A stretch of 64,000 nt of DNA from an uncultured Verrucomicrobiota bacterium (GTDB lineage Bacteria > Verrucomicrobiota > Verrucomicrobiia > Limisphaerales > AAA164-E04), in assembly GCA_902560705.1 (NCBI GenBank), contig CACEMW010000004.1, forward strand, positions 878 through 64,877, written 5' to 3'. Position 1 is the stretch's first letter; each line of letters starts with the position of its first letter. Shown here piece after piece: positions 17,523 through 25,344 of the stretch. Below the pieces are notes generated by a model that was not told the DNA's origin, ran no database searches, and worked only from the letters and a program-made list of their open reading frames with translations. The position numbers and the translations under genes are program-made.

Positions 17523-20500
17523 TTAGTTCTCTTGGGAATCGACTGCCTCCAGTTGATCGAGATACCAAGCCGCCCTCTCATTTAATTTCGCGGCTCCTTC
17601 TGGATCAACCTTAGACAAGTTATCAAGCTTGGCAGCGTATTTTTGAACGATGAACGGGTCCGATGGCCTGAGAACCAAAGCCTGCTCAAGCGCATCTTTG
17701 GTGTTTTGTGTGACAAGAAAATCCAAATACCAATCTTTGCTCAAGTCACTTCCGGGGTGGATTTGGGTAAGGTATCCTTTTTGCCGCCACCTAAACCATT
17801 CATCCAGCTCCTCGCTTTCAAACACAAAAGAGTCGCTCGAAACTCGATCATCTTGTTGCAATATTTTTAATGCATTACTTTGATCTTGATAAACACGGGA
17901 AGTCGATATTGCATATTTTTCCATAGTATCTCGATCACTATTAGCTATCGAAAACTTGCTCCCTATCGGCCACAAAGAAATAGAGTTTTCGGCATAGATG
18001 TTCGCCAAATAGGCAAAGTTTGGATTGGATTTTATTTTCGAATAAAAGAAGTCACCAATTAGAGGCTGCTGAAAGGGGCCATCAACATATCTACCTGTAG
18101 AAAGACTAAATGCGTAAATAGCGCGATCCCGACTAAATGTATAAATCTGATCTGGATCGTGAGGATCAATACCGACTCCTATAGCCCAATCATCGACATT
18201 TAGTGTTTTTACGTTTTCCCCGCTCTTTGTGTCCCATATTTTGGTGGTTTTGTCCCTGGAACCGGTGATTAGATATTTACTGTCAGGAGTAAAGATCATA
18301 TCCATAACCCCACTAAAGTGGGAAAGCTCATGGAGCAATTCGCCAGTTTCTACGTCCCACACCATTGGCTTAAGTGCATCAGTGCCTATCCCAGTTGAAG
18401 TTGCAAACATTTTGCCGTCAGGCGAAAAGCAGATCGGAGATTTAAAAAAGAACCCATACTTCAGAGGGTCGTATTTCAAAGCCTTAGAGCGAACATCGAA
18501 AATTCGCGCACGACCATCTTGGCAAGCTGTAAGTATATGGTCATCATCAAAGCTAAATTCTAAATTAATTATCATACCCTTGTGAGAAGAGGACTCGAAG
18601 GATTTTTCATACTTGTTTCCGCGTAACTTTAAAACCGTGAAGTTGAAAGTATATCTATTCACGAACGCTATATGCTGTGAATCAGGTGACATTTTAATCA
18701 CATTGGTAAAATCTGGAAGATCCCCCTCAAATAATACTTCGAGATTATCAGAATCGTAAACATGCCACTTCCGAAAGTTCCCAAGGCCCTTTCCTTCTGC
18801 GACAAACAATTTTTTTCCTTCATCTACAAACATAGAGACTCTGGCTTCATCGGAGAGTTTAACTTTGCTGATGAGACGAATATCAGACAATGCCCACAAC
18901 TTAATTTCTCCATCCTTGGACACGGATACTAATTTTTGGCCATCCGGACTCAAATCAAAATCGAGTATTTGATTATCATGCGTGAGTAGGATGGGTTCAA
19001 TATTTGGGCTTTCCGTTTCAAACTCAAAAATCTTACCTTCTTTGTTCAAAACTCGGATACGCTTACCGTCCCTAGAAAATGATATTGCTCCAGGGTCAGA
19101 CCCTATGTTTGTAGGGCTATTAAGCAATTTACCATTATTCAAGTCCCAAACCCACAAATCATTGTGATCGGTTGCGCTTACTAACTTCATCATGTCTGGG
19201 CTGAAAACTGAGTGCCATGGGCCTCCATCGTGTGTGAGAGGCTGAATGGTCTCTTTCCCTGACTTTAAATCCCAAATTCTAACTGTCTGGTCAATAGACG
19301 GAGTGGCCAGTAGCCTACTGTCAGGGCTGATGCTTGCGTCCACAACAATACGAAAATGAGCACGTGATTCCTCCCACAAAAGCGTACCCATTTTTGCGTC
19401 AAAAACTTCCAAAGCACCTTGGATAGGGCTTCCCCCGTAGGATACTAGATACTTACTGTCAGGAGAATATTTACAGTAAACATGATTCCTCATATCACCG
19501 TCGGGTGTAGCGTAAATATTCTTAATTTCCAGACTGTAGACATTAATTTGATATAACTTGAAATAGGAGCCCTCCTCATTTTCTACTATTGCAATATTGC
19601 TACCGTCAGAGCTGATCCTTATATCGGCCACGCGACTATCAAGCTTATATTTCTTTAAGATTTTATTGTTGAAATCGAATATAAGCACCTCCCCCATGTT
19701 GGTGCCGACGCATATCAACCCCTTTGTTACCGCGAAACCAGTAATAAAATTATCAACTTCAATGCGCATTATACCATCAAAGGCTTCCAAACCTATAATG
19801 TCAGCCACGTTCGAGCCATTTAGATCGATGGCTGCAACGATCAAAAACTTAGAATCACTGCTGAACCTCAGCCCTTCAATTTGCTTGTATTTTTCGCTCT
19901 CGAAAACTGTTTGCCGGTTTTCCGTATCCACTATCTTGAAGAATGAATTATCGGTTTCATCATGCGCTGCTGCGTAATAAGTCAAATCAGGAGAACATTG
20001 TGATCCAAGAAACCACCTTACTTTAGCCTCAGAACCCAATTCAAAAATTTTGCCTCCATAATTCAGAAAAGGGCTATGGTCTAAAGTTGATTTTAATTTT
20101 TGGGAAAAGTAATCGATGTTAGGATTCTTACCACTTTCTGCAGCCATGTAAGCGAGCGCCTTCTGCGGGAGTCGCTCCATTGACATCTTATCGGCACTTT
20201 CAGCAACGGAATAACTGAGATTATTTTGGGCCTGTTTCTTGGCTGTGTCGGCTTCAAAAGCCATAAAAACAGCAACGCAGGCCAAAACAAAAAGCACTAG
20301 GGCAAATACTTTATTTCTTTTTGCCGATCTTTTTTGGATTTCCGCTCTCTGTTTTTCCGCATTTGCCAAGGCTCTGGCCTGTTCCAATTCTCGCTTGCGC
20401 GCCTCCTCCTTGGCTCGCTGCTCGGCCTCAAAGTCTTGCTTGGACTCATCAAGAAACCGCATTGCCAAGTCGAACGAATCATTGATTCGTGCCCCCCAGT

Positions 20501-21827
20501 TTCCATTGGGTTTGTTCTTTTCCCTCCAGGAAAGGGCAATTTTCAGGTCTGGATCCCGATAAAAACCAGCCTCCCCTAAACTATGAAGTTCAGCTGTTTC
20601 ACATAGACGAATGTAAATGCGTGCTGAGTCTGCTTCCTCATTGACCCACTGCTTGAGCCGGACCCATACGCGCATCAAACTTTCATGCGATATGTCAATG
20701 ATGACATGGTCATTAATTTTGACCGTTTCACCCGGCATGATAAAGGTTCGCCCGGTAGGTCGATAAGCATCAATGACGGTAAGCATTTTTTCACGCTCAT
20801 GCCCGGTAATCTCCTCTATCTCCCCAAAGGGCAGTGGTCGCCGAATCCCACGCCCATCAGCTTGTTTTTCGGTGATTGCCTTGAACAACTTCATGCATAG
20901 CAGGCGGTGTTGATCATGCGGAAGCGCTTGGTAAACTTCATCCGCATGTCGCGAAAGAGCTTCAGCCATACGCCCAATGGCATCGTAGTGCTCAAGGTCC
21001 ATGGGCACTGATTTATCCGTGTGCCCTTCCCAATAATCCCACATACGCATCAGTGCATGCTGCAATATGGGGAGCTGATCTGGATCATCCCCGATATCGT
21101 TGAGCAATTGTTGCTTTAGACGAGGCGATATTTCGCCACCCCCAACTTTGACCGGGCCTTCGATGGCTCGCGCCCGTTGTTTGCGATTAAGCCTTGGTAT
21201 GAGGTATTCCCCCTCGTTGACCGCCTCAGCCAAGCCCTTGAACTCCGCGCAATCTCCCAAAAAGTCGGATCGCATCGTGAGAATGATGAAGATGGGCACT
21301 TCAGATTGACGGGTAGTTTCCAGCAAAAGCTGAATAAAATGGGCCGCTTCTTGGCTCGCCTTGCTGCCACTTTGACGGAATCGGAAAATCTCCTCAAACT
21401 GATCCACCAAAAGCAGTAGATTGGCACCTTTTTCTATGGCTGATTGACGATACGCTTCAATCAAACCAAGGCCACTCCGACTTAACGTTGCGCGGGTTTG
21501 CAAAACATTCTCCTCATTCTCATCACCGAATAAACCCGATTCAACCAGGGAATCGGCCAAATTGGTCAAAGGGTCTCCACCTGGCCGCATGATGGCAAGC
21601 TCCCAGGCAATGGAGGTGCTGGTCATGGTCCCTCCATGGAGTTCGGGCAGCAACCCCGCCCGAACAAGAGAGGATTTCCCACTCCCTGAAGCACCCACTA
21701 CGGCTAGAAAACGAGTATTACCCAAACGCTGCAACAATTGTGAAACTTGTTCTTCCCGGCCAAAGAAAAGAAAATTCTCATCGAATTGAAATGGGCGCAG
21801 ACCGGGGAATGGATTACCGTCAAACAT
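17523..21827 (-). CDS. STAND-type P-loop NTPase with coiled coil, single TM helix and ~900-aa WD40-like repeat region (cassette A)
   Basis: 1434 aa. NTPase motifs: NPFPGLRPFQFDENFLFFGREEQ, Walker A GASGSGKSS (21672..21695), LLLLVDQFEE and TMRSDFLG. Coiled coil EAEQRAKEEARKRELEQARALANAEKQRAE. Hydrophobic span VFALVLFVLACVAVFMAF (20256..20309). Many blades follow (DQTVRIWDLKSGK, SKDGEIKLWAL, CQDGRARIFDV, SRDKTTKIWDTKSGE). Confidence 0.85.
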   Translation of the reverse strand: MFDGNPFPGLRPFQFDENFLFFGREEQVSQLLQRLGNTRFLAVVGASGSGKSSLVRAGLLPELHGGTMTSTSIAWELAIMRPGGDPLTNLADSLVESGLFGDENEENVLQTRATLSRSGLGLIEAYRQSAIEKGANLLLLVDQFEEIFRFRQSGSKASQEAAHFIQLLLETTRQSEVPIFIILTMRSDFLGDCAEFKGLAEAVNEGEYLIPRLNRKQRARAIEGPVKVGGGEISPRLKQQLLNDIGDDPDQLPILQHALMRMWDYWEGHTDKSVPMDLEHYDAIGRMAEALSRHADEVYQALPHDQHRLLCMKLFKAITEKQADGRGIRRPLPFGEIEEITGHEREKMLTVIDAYRPTGRTFIMPGETVKINDHVIIDISHESLMRVWVRLKQWVNEEADSARIYIRLCETAELHSLGEAGFYRDPDLKIALSWREKNKPNGNWGARINDSFDLAMRFLDESKQDFEAEQRAKEEARKRELEQARALANAEKQRAEIQKRSAKRNKVFALVLFVLACVAVFMAFEADTAKKQAQNNLSYSVAESADKMSMERLPQKALAYMAAESGKNPNIDYFSQKLKSTLDHSPFLNYGGKIFELGSEAKVRWFLGSQCSPDLTYYAAAHDETDNSFFKIVDTENRQTVFESEKYKQIEGLRFSSDSKFLIVAAIDLNGSNVADIIGLEAFDGIMRIEVDNFITGFAVTKGLICVGTNMGEVLIFDFNNKILKKYKLDSRVADIRISSDGSNIAIVENEEGSYFKLYQINVYSLEIKNIYATPDGDMRNHVYCKYSPDSKYLVSYGGSPIQGALEVFDAKMGTLLWEESRAHFRIVVDASISPDSRLLATPSIDQTVRIWDLKSGKETIQPLTHDGGPWHSVFSPDMMKLVSATDHNDLWVWDLNNGKLLNSPTNIGSDPGAISFSRDGKRIRVLNKEGKIFEFETESPNIEPILLTHDNQILDFDLSPDGQKLVSVSKDGEIKLWALSDIRLISKVKLSDEARVSMFVDEGKKLFVAEGKGLGNFRKWHVYDSDNLEVLFEGDLPDFTNVIKMSPDSQHIAFVNRYTFNFTVLKLRGNKYEKSFESSSHKGMIINLEFSFDDDHILTACQDGRARIFDVRSKALKYDPLKYGFFFKSPICFSPDGKMFATSTGIGTDALKPMVWDVETGELLHELSHFSGVMDMIFTPDSKYLITGSRDKTTKIWDTKSGENVKTLNVDDWAIGVGIDPHDPDQIYTFSRDRAIYAFSLSTGRYVDGPFQQPLIGDFFYSKIKSNPNFAYLANIYAENSISLWPIGSKFSIANSDRDTMEKYAISTSRVYQDQSNALKILQQDDRVSSDSFVFESEELDEWFRWRQKGYLTQIHPGSDLSKDWYLDFLVTQNTKDALEQALVLRPSDPFIVQKYAAKLDNLSKVDPEGAAKLNERAAWYLDQLEAVDSQEN

Positions 21828-21839
21828 GGTATTGATGGA

Positions 21840-23324
21840 TTATTGCTTGATTTGGGTGACGAATGGTTCGAGGGCGCTGAAGTCATTGCCGGGAATTTGA
21901 ATGATGTCAGCCAAATGAGAACGAAACCTCTCTTTGTGTCTACTTTCAGGAGGAGCCACAAGAATCGAAGTAGCTGTGATGGGTTTGGACCGCCCAAACC
22001 CAGAGGCTTTGATGAGGTTATTGAGTTTCATATTTACCCACTGTCGTGTGGCAGAACCAAAATAAATAAGGACCCCATCACAAATGCGGAGGTTTTCTAT
22101 GTGGGCCTCAGAAACCTCTGTTTCGCTTCCACTGAATAAGGGGATTACGACCTCCAACCCTTGATCAAAAAGGTAATCCTCGATGGCTTCGATCTTATCC
22201 TCGTCATCTGGTGGTGCCATCAAGTAGACCGTCGGCGGGCCTGCATCAGCACCATGATTCAACCCCTTATCGACCTTGTTCTTTTCTTCAGTAAAGTGAT
22301 CGATGACCAAGCCCTTAAATATTTCGAATGTCCCTTCAACAAAGTCCGTTTTCTCGTAGGTAGCAGGATTCACACGCAAGCCTTCAATGAACTTGGCTTG
22401 CCGTTCTTCCTTTGCCTCCAAACCTGACGGTAGCCAGATCAGTCGTTCAAGGCCGCGATTGGCTGACTCATCTGCTGCAAGACTCAACTGGGTCTCTATG
22501 ATAGACTCCGACCCAGCCTCAGGGATCATACCATAGTTTGCACCCAGTAAATGAATGGCCACATCCGCGTGTTTGAGATACTCCCGCACTTGTTCTTTGA
22601 CCTCAAGAGCATTCAATGGAAGATGGCTGTCCGGGAGAATCATGTACCCACGTTCACGAAGATCTCGCGCAATGTTGTCACGATCAGCACTTCGATCCCC
22701 TGAAACAGTAGCCAGGTAGACGGTCTTGCCGAGAGAAACTCTCAGCGCCTCAGGATTTGAAGGGGGAGTGCTACCTGCTCGCGATTTCTTTAAAATCTCG
22801 CAGATTTCGTATGCGAGATCATAGATCCGGCTGAAGTAATTCTGCTTGGCTTCCTTTCCGAAGGCTTCGTTATATTCCACAATTTTGCCATTTTCGTCGA
22901 AATCGTAGAAATTGAACCCAAGAACACTGCCGAAAATTTTCTGCAGTTCTGGCTGAAGTTCTTCGGCATCATAGGGCGTCTTAACGACCTTGAGAATGCG
23001 GGACTTCCCATCAAAGGCGACACCCCCGTTTACTTCCGCGCTTTGGTAAAATTGGGTGATTTCCTTCACGCACCACTCAGACTTGATGTAGCGGGGGCTG
23101 AGAATGGAAACCATGAGTTTGGTATGGTCAAACTGACTAAGAATTTTCTGGTCGAAAATATCATTGCCGGTGAGTTTCTGATCACGCCACACGCGTGGCT
23201 GCTCCCCCATAAGCTGAGCAAGGCGATTTTCCAAAATACGGTGAAACTCCGTAATCCAACCTTTCTCATCATCAGAGATCGAGAGATTGTCGATATGAGC
23301 GTAACTGATGAATAGATCATTCAT
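21840..23324 (-). CDS. TIR-domain protein with two further Rossmann-like (DUF4062/TIR-like) modules (cassette A)
   Basis: Start taken at MNDLFISYAHIDN (23324) by analogy with the paralogue. The TIR block is ILSPRYIKSEWCVKEI. Module 2 is TVYLATVSGDRSADR...HLLGANYGMIPE. Module 3 is TVYLMAPPDDEDKIEAIEDYLFDQGLEVVIP...DGVLIYFG. The gene ends 12 nt before the STAND start. Confidence 0.8.
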   Translation of the reverse strand: MNDLFISYAHIDNLSISDDEKGWITEFHRILENRLAQLMGEQPRVWRDQKLTGNDIFDQKILSQFDHTKLMVSILSPRYIKSEWCVKEITQFYQSAEVNGGVAFDGKSRILKVVKTPYDAEELQPELQKIFGSVLGFNFYDFDENGKIVEYNEAFGKEAKQNYFSRIYDLAYEICEILKKSRAGSTPPSNPEALRVSLGKTVYLATVSGDRSADRDNIARDLRERGYMILPDSHLPLNALEVKEQVREYLKHADVAIHLLGANYGMIPEAGSESIIETQLSLAADESANRGLERLIWLPSGLEAKEERQAKFIEGLRVNPATYEKTDFVEGTFEIFKGLVIDHFTEEKNKVDKGLNHGADAGPPTVYLMAPPDDEDKIEAIEDYLFDQGLEVVIPLFSGSETEVSEAHIENLRICDGVLIYFGSATRQWVNMKLNNLIKASGFGRSKPITATSILVAPPESRHKERFRSHLADIIQIPGNDFSALEPFVTQIKQ

Positions 23325-23815
23325 GAAAACAAAAGCACAACCTAGCGATGAATTATCTCCATCAGATCCGCCATGAAAAAGTCTTTTTTTTGTGAAAAAG
23401 TTCATGTGGAACCGCTACCCCTCTGGCACAGCTACCTTTTTTTGGCGGTATGGGAAGACGAGATGCGTGTGTTTCACATGCAGCGTTGGAAGGATTATGC
23501 CTATTGCACCCATTGCGATCGTTCTCTTCAAGAGGAAGAATGCCGTCTGAAAATCACTTATGGAGCCGGAAACAGGATCACCAAAACCTATTGCAATTAC
23601 TGTGAGAAGAGAGCCATTCGCAATCCTAAAGGTTCATCTAAAAGCTATGTCAGGAAACAACGCTGAAACAAGTTGTATACCCTTAATAAAACTTTCTTTT
23701 GAATACAATTTTTAGTTTTGAAAAGGCAAAACGGTTCTTCTAACTTTTGAAAGATACGTCTTTCTGGCAGATCACATTAATATAACCAGGAATACTCAAC
23801 TCTCCCCGAATCCGC
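23325..23815. promoter_or_regulatory. divergent control region between the two TIR-STAND cassettes
   Basis: A 491-bp gap between head-to-head TIR genes, AT-rich at 23667..23815. No promoter motifs were confidently identified. Confidence 0.35.
23463..23666 (+). CDS. small zinc-ribbon protein (67 aa), hypothetical
   Basis: MRVFHMQRWKDYAYCTHCDRS...(26)...CNYCEKRAIRNPKGSSKSYVRKQR has two CxxC pairs and a basic tail. It is the internal start of ORF 23373..23666. There is no homology evidence, so the coding status is uncertain. Confidence 0.3.
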   Translation: MRVFHMQRWKDYAYCTHCDRSLQEEECRLKITYGAGNRITKTYCNYCEKRAIRNPKGSSKSYVRKQR

Positions 23816-25318
23816 ATGAACGATATATTCATCAGTTACGCTCACATGGACGATCAAGTCCTGGATGAAGACCAAAAGGGTTGGATCACCAAATTTCATC
23901 GGGTCTTGCGTGTTAAATTGGGCCAGCTCATGGGTGAACCCGCCAAAATATGGCGCGATGAAAAACTCTCAGGCACTGACGTCTACGACGACAAGATCGT
24001 CAGCGAATTCAAGAAGGCCAAGGTCATGATCTCCGTCCTCAGCCCCCGCTACATCAAGTCGGAATGGTGCAATCGCGAGCTGAACGAATTTTATGAAGCA
24101 GCCGAAAATGAGTCCGGAATCCGTGTGGGAGAAAAATCACGGCTTATCAAGGTGGTCAAGACGCCCTTTGATAACGACCAGGCAGCAGAGCATCTCCCCA
24201 AGATTTTTGAAGCTATCTTGGGGTTTGATTTTTTTGAGCAGGACCCCGAGTCCGGTCGTATTGTCGAATTCGACGAGGCATTTGGGGTGAAGGCCAAGCA
24301 GAATTACTATTCGCGTATCTATGACCTTGCTTCTGAAATCGCCGATATTCTCAAGCACATGGAGGGTGGTTCCTCGAGCACTCCACAGACCGAGCCTCTG
24401 GCCAAAACAGGTAAGACGGTCTATCTGGCGGCGGTGACCTCCGACATTCAAACGGGACGGGAAAAACTTCTCCGAGAACTGACCGATCGCGGTCACCGTG
24501 TATTGCCTGACCGCCCCCTCCCCAACGCGGGTCAGGAATTAATGGAAGCCATTGGTAACCTGTTGAGGCAGTCCGACTGCTCCATTCACATGGTGGGTCA
24601 GAAGTATGGTATGATCCCTGAAGACAGCGCGCACTCCATCGCAAAATTACAGAATGATCTAGCCACGGAACGCATTGAGAACCATCCCGAATTTCATCGT
24701 TTCATCTGGATGCCGCAAGCCGTCTTGACCGATGATGACCGCCAGCGCCAATTTATTACCGAATTAAGGGAAGACCCACGTGCCCATACCGGTGCCGATT
24801 TGTTGGAAGATTCCCTCGATCATTTTCGAGACTATGTGGTGGAAAAGCTCAAGCCCAAACCCAAATCGAAAACACTCTCAAGCCTGACAAGCTCCGACAT
24901 TGAGGCAAGTGGCAACTCTGCCGTTTATCTGATCTACGATATGAAGGATGACGAGGTTGTTGCCCCTCTTGAAGATTACCTTTTCGACCAAGGTTTGGAG
25001 GTCATGTTGCCTACGTTCGATGGTGAGGAGGCTGACATCAAGCGAGCCCACATTGAAAAGATGATCCACTGCGACGCCGTCCTGATCTATTACGGACAGG
25101 CCGACCGATCGTGGGTCGACATGAAACTGATGAATCTGATGAAGGCACCGGGGTATGGCAAGGAAAGCCCTTTCAAGGCACAAACCGTGTATTTGGCTCC
25201 TCCCATGGATCGGCGCAAGCAGCGTTACCGCACCCACTCAGCGGAAGTGGTTGTCCAGGAAAGTGAGGCCTTTGAACCCTCGCTCCTGGATTCCTTCGTT
25301 TCCACCCTCAAGTCCTAA
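23816..25318 (+). CDS. TIR-domain protein with two further Rossmann-like (DUF4062/TIR-like) modules (cassette B)
   Basis: Contains MNDIFISYAHMDD and VLSPRYIKSEWCNRELNEF (candidate catalytic Glu at 24077..24079). Module 2 spans about 24410..24715 (TVYLAAVTSD...HMVGQKYGMIPE). Module 3 spans about 24917..25150 (AVYLIYDMKDDEVVAPLEDYLFDQGLEVMLP...DAVLIYYG). Confidence 0.85.
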   Translation: MNDIFISYAHMDDQVLDEDQKGWITKFHRVLRVKLGQLMGEPAKIWRDEKLSGTDVYDDKIVSEFKKAKVMISVLSPRYIKSEWCNRELNEFYEAAENESGIRVGEKSRLIKVVKTPFDNDQAAEHLPKIFEAILGFDFFEQDPESGRIVEFDEAFGVKAKQNYYSRIYDLASEIADILKHMEGGSSSTPQTEPLAKTGKTVYLAAVTSDIQTGREKLLRELTDRGHRVLPDRPLPNAGQELMEAIGNLLRQSDCSIHMVGQKYGMIPEDSAHSIAKLQNDLATERIENHPEFHRFIWMPQAVLTDDDRQRQFITELREDPRAHTGADLLEDSLDHFRDYVVEKLKPKPKSKTLSSLTSSDIEASGNSAVYLIYDMKDDEVVAPLEDYLFDQGLEVMLPTFDGEEADIKRAHIEKMIHCDAVLIYYGQADRSWVDMKLMNLMKAPGYGKESPFKAQTVYLAPPMDRRKQRYRTHSAEVVVQESEAFEPSLLDSFVSTLKS

Positions 25319-25344
25319 TTTGTTAAACTCATTTTCTTTCGACC

